In this document: positions 10,849-21,859 of the stretch, piece by piece | How positions within the stretch are numbered: position 1 is the stretch's first letter | How the letters are laid out: every line of letters begins with the position of its first letter | Assembly: GCF_004010195.1 (NCBI RefSeq) | Contig: NC_057717.1 | Span: 69,295,828-69,344,178 of the forward strand | DNA from: Chiloscyllium plagiosum | Lineage: Eukaryota | Length of the DNA stretch: 48,351 bases | Direction: 5' to 3' | Translations under genes and position numbers: made by a program | Notes under the pieces: generated by a model | What the model was told of the DNA's origin: nothing | The model's input: the letters and a program-made list of their open reading frames with translations, nothing else | Database searches by the model: none

Positions 10849-10897
10849 ATGATAAGAACGTCATTAATAAACTGAGAAAATTTGTCGACTTAATCAT
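10849..10897 (-). CDS. IGHV: IgH V leader exon (L-part1) [16 protein letters not shown](C), phase-1 donor
   Basis: ATG at 10897, 16 codons + 1 nt, hydrophobic signal peptide, followed by GTGAGT donor at 10848. A 126-nt intron ends in TTTTAAAG at 10723. Confidence 0.93.
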
Positions 10898-10981
10898 TGT
10901 GATAACTTGTAAAACGGTTCTGTCAAGAGCTTTCTAAACAAACCAAATCCAGGAGTGTTGAACGAAAGCACAGTGACCCGG

Positions 10982-11196
10982 ATTTATAAATCATCAGAAG
11001 GGGCAGGTTTACCGGTTCCGCCTGTTGGTTTCCTGCTGGAGGCTGAGACTGGATCCTCGTAGCACCTTGCACAGCCCTTACAGATAGGTTCATAGTTTAC
11101 ATGAGATTATTGTAAAACGTGGACATATACATATCTTGGGATATTGTTGTGCTGATTAGCCTACTACGAAGTGTTTTTTGAATGGGGAAAGTGAAA
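10982..11196 (-). promoter_or_regulatory. Putative VH promoter: TATA-like ATTTATAAAT (10982-10991) and IRF/PRDM1-type GAAAGTGAAA (11187-11196); no octamer
   Basis: The TATA-like box is ~85 nt upstream of the ATG. No ATGCAAAT/ATTTGCAT was seen in 10900-11350. Confidence 0.5.
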
Positions 11197-12904
11197 TTGA
11201 ACAGCTTGAATTATTTTCAGATGAAGTTTTCAGATATTGTGTTTAAAACAACAAAACAAATTCAATTGGAAGTTGGCTCTCTGTATTTTTACATGCATTC
11301 ACGAGAAAACAAAACTAAAATCAAAGTTTGAAGATATTATCAGCCAAATAATGGACACTCCAAGTCTCCACCACACTACAAAATAACTTGTAAATCATAC
11401 CAGATGTTTCTAAATTCACTTTATGCAACTGGCTATAAAGCGTGTTCAAAGTGATTATGTATAGAATATTCAAAAGGAAATTAACTCCCTTGAATTCTAC
11501 ATTCAACCACAAGCAGAAAAAGCTAAAACGAAGTTCAATATCATTGTCAGACAATACAATTAATGACTTTATTTCTCTAACCACTCCAAGTTTCTCTCAA
11601 ATTACAAAATAAGCTATCATTTTTATTTGGCCTTTCTAAACTCAGTTCAGGCAAGCTAATATCGAGCATGTCTAAAATGAATATGTTAAGAATGTGTGTG
11701 CATGTCACTAAACAGTTTGGACACGGAGATTAGAAGAATCTCACCATATTACAGAATCACTCTCCTTGTGTCTTTTTTTAACGTGAACCGTGTACAAGAT
11801 AGATATTTGAAAATGTATTGTAAAGGAAGGCTGTGTGCCCAAGAAATAAGAAGTGGATTGATGGTGATACGTAACACTCAGGTAAACCTTCGAAAGAGAA
11901 TCTAATAATGTGGAGCAGGCTGGTGAGAAGTTAGTAAATATTTCTCAACACCTAAACCATTGCAGGTAACTGTTTGGGTACATCAAGAGTGTCTGGCAAG
12001 TTACAGAGTATTACATCAATAATTTCCACGGATGTAGGTCATAAACAGCACATTTATCCGCGCATTGGTAACTGTGACACGGGACTTTCAACGAGTAGAA
12101 ATCAGCGAAAACTATGCATTACACTACACCAGTGCTCACTATGTATAAATGGCCCATTCAGTTTTAATGAGATGCATTAAACAGAGAATGGTGCAACAGG
12201 TTATGCGAGTTCAAGCCAATTCAAGCTTGTCAATTTACATTGAGAAAATGACAAATGTTAGTGCCATGTGGGAGTTTGGGTCCATTAATGTCATATTCAA
12301 GAGGTTTAAAAATCCTCAATACAAACGGTTTACTAACTAGGCTGATCTTCAGCCGGAATTAATATAAATGTCCGTCATGCAGTCAATTTCCTGTTTTCTG
12401 ATTGTCACATAGTGAATGCTGAGTTGAGTGGCCATCCTTGTTAAAGAAGAAATGCCAAGTGAAATGTGTCTATTTTGGGTAAACGGGAAAATACAGCTTG
12501 TTTGGTTAGATTTTGTTTTAGTTGATTCATACTGCCTTTAATCTGCCAGATGCATTAGTTGGCAGCAATTAAGCTGACTGCAGACATGGTTCTCGAGCTT
12601 CCAGTTTCATTTACCGGAAGCATCTGGAGTCTCTGCAGGAGATCAAAGATATTTTGTCTCACTGTTGACCAATTGCCAGAAAGCCAACGTCAAACCATAA
12701 CCACTGCCTCCACGTAAATAAATCTACTCAGCAGCAATGCTGCAGAAAATATTAATTTTCAGCTGTGCAACTTGGAGAACTGGTCCCTTCCCTAATTAAA
12801 ACAAATATTCACAGTGTCTCAGTCACAACTTAAAAATCACCATTTCACTGGAGGATCACTACAGCACTCTACAAAATTGAGAAAAAACAGGTAGATAGCT
12901 GTTT

Positions 12905-13700
12905 ATGGAGTCATGGAGAGAAATCACTGACAAACAGACCCTTCGGTCCAAACAGGCTATGGGCAATTATAATCCCAAACTAATCTAATCCCACCGGTAT
13001 TGGCCCATATCCTCCCAAATAGCTCGTATTCATGCACTTAACTAAAAGTCTTTTAACATTTATAACTGAATTCATATCTAACTCTTCTTCCAGAAAATAA
13101 TTCCTGTGAGGCAGCAGTGGTTAGCACTGCTGCCTCACAGCGCCAGAGACCTGGGTTCAATTCCCGCCTCAGGTGACTGACTGTGTGGAGTTTGCACATT
13201 CTCCCCGTGTCTGCGTGGGTTTCCTCCGGGTGCTCCGGTTTCCTCCCACAGTCCAAAGATGTGCAGGTCAGGTGAATTGGCCATGCTAAATTGCCTGTAG
13301 TGTTAGGTAAGGGGTAAATGTAGGGGTATGGGTGGCTTGCGCTTCGCCGGGTCGGTGTGGACTTGTTGGGCCGAAGGGCCTGTTTCCACACTGTAAGTAA
13401 TCTAATCTAATCTAATCTATACTAATCTAATCTAATCTAATCTAATCTAATCTAATCTAATCCTCACACGAACCACTCTCTGTGTAAAAGTTGCCACTGA
13501 TAACATTTTAAAACTTTTCTCCTCTCACCTTAAAAAATGTTCTCTACACTTGAAATCCCCCACCCTATGGAAAAGACGTTTGCCATTTTCCTTACCACTC
13601 ATGACTTTTACAAACTTGTACAAGGTCACCTCTCGAACTCTTATGCTCCAGTGAAAGAATTTCCAACCACCTGGATTCCCAACGGTGGATCTGTGCCTCA
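12905..13700 (-). mobile_element. CR1/HER1-type LINE 3' fragment interrupted by a SINE
   Basis: GGAGTCATGGAG..AACAGACCCTTCGGTCCAA tail region. LINE similarity resumes at 13463 (CACGAACCACTCTCTGTGTAAAA). Confidence 0.75.
13104..13462 (+). mobile_element. HE1-type tRNA-derived SINE (V-SINE) with (TAATC)n tail
   Basis: Pol III boxes (AGTGGTTAGCAC, GGTTCAATTCC), V-domain GGAGTTTGCACATTCTCCCCGTGTCTGCGTGGGTTTCCTCCGGGTGCTCCGGTTTCCTCCCAC, LINE-like 3' end, tail 13398-13462. Confidence 0.93.
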
Positions 13701-15254
13701 TATTTTCCCGTGTGTTTAAATTAGAGATCCTCCTGCCTTCCCAGGTCCACATATGTTATTTCAAAGAATTGAAAGGGACTTGTCCTTCCTGTATTGTTCG
13801 ATTTTATTTTGATCCAAAGATCATCACAAAATCAGTTGTCCATGTCATTGCTGGTTCATGGGAGATCTCTGTGCGAACAATGTCTACTGAAATAATTACA
13901 TAACCATCCTGAATGTATTTGGCAAGTGCACTTCTTGTTCACAAACGTAATTAGACACCAGGGAACAGTGAATACCCTTTCTGAAAGCCGCCACACCTTC
14001 TCATTTGCCATTTGTGAAAACGGTATTGTCAGTATTAAGTAAAATAAACATATTTTGTTTTAACTTTCTTAATTCATGTTGCTGATCTTGGCTGAAAAAA
14101 GGGATATTGTTGTCAGTTTTTTGTGGGGAAAATGTGCGCATTCATTTTCATGTTAACTTAAATTTAATAAGTAAGTCAAGATCAGTTAAAAATAACTCGA
14201 GAAACAACGATTAGAAACGGGTCATAATGATTCTCAGGGGTGCACCAACTGTTTGAATCACGATATTGTTCTGCCTACAGTTTTCCCATAAGCCAGTATT
14301 TAATAGCATTGGATATCATATCTGTGTGGACAGTGGATTTGACCTTACACAATGATCCCGACTGTAATGGCTCCGCATTGCCGTTTGCACTATTTCCATC
14401 AAATTTTGACGTGAATACAAGTAATTTCCACAGTTGCTGGTGAAGTGATCGTATACACAATTTCAGTTAACGTTAATGAAACAAAACAGAAGAACAACGA
14501 CAATTGAAATAAAAATTACGGCATCCATGTAGACATACATGTGGGCACACACACTCATCTGATTACTTCATTACTGTCAGAATGGAAGTATTTTCGAATG
14601 AGTCTCGAAGGATGCTGCTAAGACTGGAAGAAAGCATTAATAACGACATTCTAGTTCGCCTGGAGCTGTTCAGTCGGAGCAGAGGAGATTGAGGGATATT
14701 TTTCTCAAGGAACACTCAAATGTTATGCATGGATAAAATAGATGGTAAAAACCTCCTTAGCTTGGCTGGGGAAGGGGGGGGGGGGGTGGAGACGTTGGCG
14801 AGTTCGATCACTAAGGTGCTTAGACATAAGTGATAGACAGCAAACTCACGGGAAACTCACAATCTGAAACGATAGTAGATGCAGGAACACTCATATCATT
14901 AAAAATGAGCTTCATTATATACTTCCTGTGCTATAACCTGAAGGGTTACGGGTAATATACTATGAAGTGGGTGTCGGTTGGGAGGTTCTGTTTTTATGTG
15001 TCACAAGCCTGATGGGCGAAATGATCCATCTCTGTCATTAAACATTTCGATTACTCTAAATCCACCCTTCCTACTTTGTTTAATTCGAAGGATGGAATTC
15101 ATATGATCTTTATGGGAAATGTGTCAAACTTTCATTTCAATGATATCCCAAATCAATAAACTCCACCCGACATTCTGTCTAGTGATGTGGAAATTAATGG
15201 TCTAGTTAATGATCCCAAATGATGCTTCGAATAACATCCCTTTATTAAAATAAT

Positions 15255-15822
15255 GATTTGGGGATGCCAGTGTTGGACTGGGGTTAGAAAGTGAAAACCT
15301 ACACCACACCAGGTTATAGTTGAACAGGTTTATTTGGAAACACTAGCTTTTGGAGCGCTGTTCCTTCATCAGGTGGTTGTGGAGTACAAGATTGTAAGTC
15401 ACAGAATTTGCAGCAAAAATTTACCATGTGAATGTAACGTTAAGAATGTTCTCCGATTTACCTATGAAAGAACTGAAACCGACATGTTCATTTTAAAGAT
15501 GAAAAAATTAAGACAATCCAGTAAAATATATAATATAAGTTTCTAATCTTTTAGAATGAACATGTTGGTTTCAGTTCTTTCATATGTGAATCACAGAACA
15601 TTCTTAAAGTTACATTCTCAAGTGAACTTTAACAATTAGTCTCATGTCGGCCCAGATAATGCATTTAAATTGTGAGGTGTCCTCTGTGAGACTGTCTGTG
15701 ACACAATGTTCAGACTGATTCTGATCTAGAAAAAGGACTTACAGAATCAAAACACAGATTCGTGTAATGTTTGGGAATAATAAAATGTAATTCTTCAAGT
15801 ACTAATTCACCTGACAAATTTC

Positions 15823-15855
<33 letters not shown>

Positions 15856-16160
15856 TGCAGTGTGTAGTGTGACTTGAAACCAAAGTTCAGTTTGAGGCCA
15901 TCCTCACAGGTACCGAACTTAGATATAAGCCTCTGCTCGGCCACTTTGCTTTGGTGCCCATCCCGGAGTTTATCTTGGAGGACAATCACAAGTAGATCCA
16001 AGGTCGAATGTCCTGGACCACTGAAGGGTTCACCGTCTGGAAGGGAACACTCCTGTCTGTTAATTGTTGTGTGGTGTCCATTCATACGTTGCAGTAGCTT
16101 CTGCTCATTCCCACCAAAGGACTATGCCGCACAGCATCCTTGCCTACAGTGTATGTGATA
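15255..16160 (-). mobile_element. Penelope-like element 3' fragment (GIY-YIG endonuclease C-terminus + 3' pLTR)
   Basis: MNGHHTTINRQECSLPDGEPFSGPGHS..AEQRLISKFGTCEDGL. Degenerate hammerhead CTGATGA..AAAAGCTA at 15375-15341. (GT)n tract at 15826-15852. Confidence 0.85.
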
Positions 16161-16309
16161 GACAACGTTGGATGAGTCAAATACGTGCCTGCCACGTACA
16201 CACACAAAGAGAGAAAACCAGATACACACCCAGACACAGGCACACACAAAGGCACACACTGATATAGATGCACACACACACTTCTACAGACCATCAAACA
16301 TTCCTACAG

Positions 16310-16817
16310 ATTCACAATTTGAGGAAAGACATTCTGGCTATTGACGGAGTGCAGCGTAGGTTCACGAGGTCAATTCCCAGAATGGCGGGATTATCTTACG
16401 TTGAAAGATTGGAGGGACTGGGCTTTTATACGCTTGTGTTTAGAAGGCTAAGAGGGGATCTGATTGAGACGTATAAGATTATTAAAGGATCGTACACCCT
16501 GGAGGCAGGAAGCATGTTTCCGCTGATGGGTGAGACACGAACCAGTGGACACAGTTTAAGAATAAGGGGTAGGTCACTTAGAAGAGAGTTGAGGAGAAAC
16601 TTCTTCACCCAGAGAGTGGTGGGTGTATGGAATGCTCTGCCCCAGACGGCTGTGGAGGCCAAGTCTCTGGATACTTTCAAGAAAGAGTTGGATAGAGCTC
16701 TTAAGGATAGTGGAACCAAGGGTTATGGGGATAAGGCAAGAACAGGATGCTGATTAAGGATAATCATCCATGTTCATAATGAATGGTTGTGCTGGCTCGA
16801 AGGGCAGAATGACCTAC
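16310..16817 (+). mobile_element. CR1 LINE 3' end (relatively intact ORF2 C-terminus)
   Basis: VQRRFTRSIP..RRLRGDLIETYKIIKG..NFFTQRVVGVWNALP; 3' UTR GGCTCGAAGGGCAGAATG. Confidence 0.92.
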
Positions 16818-17687
16818 NNNNNNNNNNNNNNNNNNNNNNNNNNNNNNNNNNNNNNNNNNNNNNNNNNNNNNNNNNNNNNNNNNNNNNNNNNNNNNNNNNN
16901 NNNNNNNNNNNNNNNNNNNNNNNNNNNNNNNNNNNNNNNNNNNNNNNNNNNNNNNNNNNNNNNNNNNNNNNNNNNNNNNNNNNNNNNNNNNNNNNNNNNN
17001 NNNNNNNNNNNNNNNNNNNNNNNNNNNNNNNNNNNNNNNNNNNNNNNNNNNNNNNNNNNNNNNNNNNNNNNNNNNNNNNNNNNNNNNNNNNNNNNNNNNN
17101 NNNNNNNNNNNNNNNNNNNNNNNNNNNNNNNNNNNNNNNNNNNNNNNNNNNNNNNNNNNNNNNNNNNNNNNNNNNNNNNNNNNNNNNNNNNNNNNNNNNN
17201 NNNNNNNNNNNNNNNNNNNNNNNNNNNNNNNNNNNNNNNNNNNNNNNNNNNNNNNNNNNNNNNNNNNNNNNNNNNNNNNNNNNNNNNNNNNNNNNNNNNN
17301 NNNNNNNNNNNNNNNNNNNNNNNNNNNNNNNNNNNNNNNNNNNNNNNNNNNNNNNNNNNNNNNNNNNNNNNNNNNNNNNNNNNNNNNNNNNNNNNNNNNN
17401 NNNNNNNNNNNNNNNNNNNNNNNNNNNNNNNNNNNNNNNNNNNNNNNNNNNNNNNNNNNNNNNNNNNNNNNNNNNNNNNNNNNNNNNNNNNNNNNNNNNN
17501 NNNNNNNNNNNNNNNNNNNNNNNNNNNNNNNNNNNNNNNNNNNNNNNNNNNNNNNNNNNNNNNNNNNNNNNNNNNNNNNNNNNNNNNNNNNNNNNNNNNN
17601 NNNNNNNNNNNNNNNNNNNNNNNNNNNNNNNNNNNNNNNNNNNNNNNNNNNNNNNNNNNNNNNNNNNNNNNNNNNNNNNNNNNNNNN
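16818..17687. other. Assembly gap
   Basis: N run. Confidence 1.
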
Positions 17688-18429
17688 ACATTGGAAATTA
17701 TTTTGTTTGATAAAATAATCCATCGTAGACATGCTAAGAGTAATTCCTTCGAACCAACTTGCTTTTTTTGCCGGCTAACACACAAGATGTTACTTTAATC
17801 CAATCGATGTGAACCATTTACACGTCAAAAGTTATTTGAAAACGTTCTTCACAACTGACATGCCAGCAAAGTTTAGAAATTATGGATCAAAATGGGCAGT
17901 TGTTTCTTTTTCGTCTCAAGGAAGATCCATAGTGATGGTTTGCAGGTGGAAGTGCTTGGACCTGTGACTGCTTTCATTTATAGTTTCGACTAACCTCTTG
18001 ACAAACAATGAACAGCTTCTTAAGTTGCTCTCACACGAACCTACCAACCATTGGGATCCAGGAAGACGATAATAGAAAATTTAGTAAGGACCGAGCGAGG
18101 TTTGCAGATGGAACGATGACGTGACAGTGGCATTTAGCACAGGGATTTTTGACGTAATTAATTTAGCTAGGAAGGACCCAGAAACACAAATTCATGTCTC
18201 TGTTTGCATTCCCATACACTATAAATTACTTTTCTATTATATTCTAAAATATTGGTGTCATTGTCTGTTGGTAGTTAATTCACCATGTCTTCTCCTGGGC
18301 TAAGATAGTTCCTTTATTTATTGAATACAAGACTCTATCTAAAATACGCTGGACTTTCTCTCAGTGTTGACCCAACTCGTGTCAGCTTAAATCACTGGAT
18401 ATACTTTTTCAGCAATTCAATCTCTCCTT

Positions 18430-18695
18430 GATTTGGAGATGCTGGTGTTGGACTGTAATTTACAAAGCTAAAAATCACACAACACCAGGTTATTGTCCAA
18501 TAGGTTCATTTGGAAGCACTAGCTTTCGGAGAGCTGCTCCTTCATCGGGTGGTTTTAGAGTATAAGAGCATAAGACACAGAATTTATCGCAAAAGTTTAC
18601 AGTGTGACCTAACTGAAATTATGTTTTGAAAAAGACCTGGATTGTTTGTTAAGTCGCTCATATTTTAGAATGAACATGTTGGTATCAGTTTCGTT
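18430..18695 (-). mobile_element. PLE pLTR fragment (same family as 15255-15600)
   Basis: AAAAATCACACAACACCAGGTTAT..GCACTAGCTTTCGGAGAGCTGCTCCTTCATC. Hammerhead core mutated to CCGATGA. Confidence 0.75.
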
Positions 18696-18697
18696 TT

Positions 18698-18785
18698 GGG
18701 TGGCATGGTGGCACAGTGGTTGGCACTGCTGCCTTACAATATAAGAGACCCGAGCTCAATCCCTGTCGCTGGGGACTGTGACTGC
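18698..18785 (+). mobile_element. HE1 SINE 5' (tRNA-like) fragment
   Basis: GGGTGGCATGGTGGCACAGTGGTTGGCACTGCTGCC. Confidence 0.75.
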
Positions 18786-18794
18786 TGTTCACTA

Positions 18795-19220
18795 GAGTCA
18801 TCAAGTTATAGAGTTATGCAGTTCTAAACCAGACTTTTCGGTTCAACTCATCCATGCTGAACAGATATCTGAACCTAATTCGCCCCATATGCCAGCACTT
18901 ACCCCATATCTCTCTGAAACCTTCGTACTCATGTAATCACAAGATTATTTTTAAATGTTGCAATTGGACCAGCCTCCATCACTTCCTCTGGCAGCTCAAT
19001 CCATGCACGTACCACTCTCTGCATAATCCCTTGTTCCCTTAGCACCCTTCTATATCTTACCCCTCTCACTTTAAATCTATGCACAGTAGTTCGGGACTAT
19101 CAAACACCAGGGAAAATACCTTGTCTATTTATCGTATCCATGTTCATCATTATTTTACAATCTTCTATAAGATCACCCCTAAGCTTCCAACTGTTTGGGG
19201 AAAACAGCCCCAGGCAATTT
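18795..19220 (-). mobile_element. CR1/HER1-type LINE 3' fragment
   Basis: WKLRGDLIEDCKIM..INRQGIFPG. Similar to 2484-2900. Confidence 0.85.
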
Positions 19221-20785
19221 ATCCCCACTCCCCAGAATCTGTTTGTCTCTCTAAACCCCACATCCCCCTCCCAATTCACGGAGTCTGCATGTCTCTTCAT
19301 CCCCACACTCACGGCTCTGCGTTTTTCCTTCGCCCCCCCNNNNNNNNNNNNNNNNNNNNNNNNNNNNNNNNNNNNNNNNNNNNNNNNNNNNNNNNNNNNN
19401 NNNNNNNNNNNNNNNNNNNNNNNNNNNNNNNNNNNNNNNNNNNNNNNNNNNNNNNNNNNNNNNNNNNNNNNNNNNNNNNNNNNNNNNNNNNNNNNNNNNN
19501 NNNNNNNNNNNNNNNNNNNNNNNNNNNNNNNNNNNNNNNNNNNNNNNNNNNNNNNNNNNNNNNNNNNNNNNNNNNNNNNNNNNNNNNNNNNNNNNNNNNN
19601 NNNNNNNNNNNNNNNNNNNNNNNNNNNNNNNNNNNNNNNNNNNNNNNNNNNNNNNNNNNNNNNNNNNNNNNNNNNNNNNNNNNNNNNNNNNNNNNNNNNN
19701 NNNNNNNNNNNNNNNNNNNNNNNNNNNNNNNNNNNNNNNNNNNNNNNNNNNNNNNNNNNNNNNNNNNNNNNNNNNNNNNNNNNNNNNNNNNNNNNNNNNN
19801 NNNNNNNNNNNNNNNNNNNNNNNNNNNNNNNNNNNNNNNNNNNNNNNNNNNNNNNNNNNNNNNNNNNNNNNNNNNNNNNNNNNNNNNNNNNNNNNNNNNN
19901 NNNNNNNNNNNNNNNNNNNNNNNNNNNNNNNNNNNNNNNNNNNNNNNNNNNNNNNNNNNNNNNNNNNNNNNNNNNNNNNNNNNNNNNNNNNNNNNNNNNN
20001 NNNNNNNNNNNNNNNNNNNNNNNNNNNNNNNNNNNNNNNNNNNNNNNNNNNNNNNNNNNNNNNNNNNNNNNNNNNNNNNNNNNNNNNNNNNNNNNNNNNN
20101 NNNNNNNNNNNNNNNNNNNNNNNNNNNNNNNNNNNNNNNNNNNNNNNNNNNNNNNNNNNNNNNNNNNNNNNNNNNNNNNNNNNNNNNNNNNNNNNNNNNN
20201 NNNNNNNNNNNNNNNNNNNNNNNNNNNNNNNNNNNNNNNNNNNNNNNNNNNNNNNNNNNNNNNNNNNNNNNNNNNNNNNNNNNNNNTGCCACAGACTGTG
20301 TCGCCCTCCCCTTACACCTCCATCCCCACTCTGAGAGTCTCTGTGTCTATCTCTGCCTCGCACCCCCATCCCCAGTTCCAAGGTATGTGAGTCTCCCTCC
20401 CTCCATACCCCCATCGCCACTCCTAGAGTCTGTGTATCTCCCTGCTCTCCACTGCCCCATCCCGACTCCCCGGGTTTCTCTGTTTCCCTCCGCCTCCCCA
20501 TACCCCCATCCTCATTCCCAGAGTCTGTGTGTTTCCCTTTACCCCACAACCCCATCCCCACTCCGCAGAGTGTATTTATCACCATCTCCACACATCTCAA
20601 TCCTGACTTCCAAAGACCGTATGTCTCCCTGTCCCCCCAAACTGCTATTCGCACTCCCAGAGTTTGTGTGTCTCCCTGGCCGCCAAATCTCCATCCCCAC
20701 TCCCGGAGTCTCTGTGTTTCTCTGGCCCCCACATCTCCATCCCCACTCATTGGAATTTGTCGTCTCCCTCCACACCTCCCCACAC
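19221..20785. repeat. Divergent ~46-bp C-rich minisatellite (CCCCATCCCCACTCCCAGAGTCTGTGTGTCTCCC...) spanning an assembly gap
   Basis: CATCCCCACT-like motif recurs at ~20321, 20367, 20412, 20458, 20507, 20553, 20692 and 20738, and left of the gap at 19221-19310. Confidence 0.85.
19340..20286. other. Assembly gap
   Basis: N run. Confidence 1.
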
Positions 20786-21859
20786 GGCCGGGGAGATAAT
20801 GGCTGTAGAATATAGAATCAAAAACTGATTTTTAAGAAAACGTTATATCATAAGACAAAGTAACAAAAAGTGCCAGATCAGAAATATTAAAAGGTACAGT
20901 CGATGTTTTCCAGATTTTGAGAATTGAATGATCTTGTTAGAGGGTTTGGAGATTCGTCCAACAACATCCTGGAATCGGACTGTTAAACCGAGTTCGACAG
21001 TTTGATTTGTAAATGTTACTTCAATGTGATTCATACCGCCCCTTGAACCTGTTACCAGATATAGGCCACATTGGCAGATGTTTCCTCAGACTGTTTCCCC
21101 TTGGTTTTTATTTTCTGATCAAAAGTGAAATGTGTGGCACGCACAAATAGGAAGTTTTGCGTCAGCTGAGAATGACACACCGGACAATTCCCTGTTATCA
21201 ATGCAAGCAGACTTCCTGTTTGTGAGGGTGAACGCACACTGACAGCATCAAAACCAAATAGGCAGATTACGGTTGGTTTCAACATTGTATTCGATTTCAT
21301 TCCCAGAATCCAGAATGAAACATAAAACACCCAAGATTAATTAAGCTAATGTACATTAAATGTCAGCCGAGAGTTATCACTGGGCGAAACATGCCAAAGG
21401 ACAATTATTAGTTTCATTTGCAATTCCCTGTTTAAACACGAAAGCCTGTTGCTAACTTCGGCGTTATCTCAGGTCAAAGCCAAGGAGTGTTTGCATCAAT
21501 GCACAGGTATTTCTACCTTGTACCTATCTTCAGTCATATTTTACTGTTCTCTTTTTGCTTTCATTCATGTAAGATATCAAGAATCAATTTGAAATTTTAG
21601 TTAGCGAATCACAGATATTTATAAGAGAAAGAGGAGAGATTAAATGCTTCTGGTGTTACGCCACGAGATTTGATTAAATAATGACGCGAGGCAGTAGCGA
21701 TCTTGTTGCGAATTTTCTCTTTGTTCTGAGGTCACAAACAGTGGGCTAAGACTAAAATTATTTAATTAAATCAGGATAAATATGAAGGTATGAAAACAGA
21801 ACTAATTAAAATGAGTTGGTAAGCCATTCAAAGAAATAATTAATAATGATGTACTCATT

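Noticed and set aside
12810-12838. Perfect heptamer CACAGTG with an A-rich run ~13 nt away
   Set aside because: Spacer is off, nonamer is weak (TTAAAAATC) and there is no adjacent V, D or J coding sequence; probably chance.
14300-14390. + strand frame reading ICVDSGFDLTQ*..WLR, resembling VH FR1-CDR1
   Set aside because: Two stops, no GLEW, no YYC and no RSS; treated as coincidence.
16764-17798. Long ORFs (300-578 aa) over N runs, also at 19079-20815 and 36907-37557
   Set aside because: Artefacts of translating assembly gaps.
19221-20785. G-rich repeat as an Ig class-switch region
   Set aside because: It lies upstream of V rather than between J and C, is not AGCT-rich, and sharks lack canonical switch regions.
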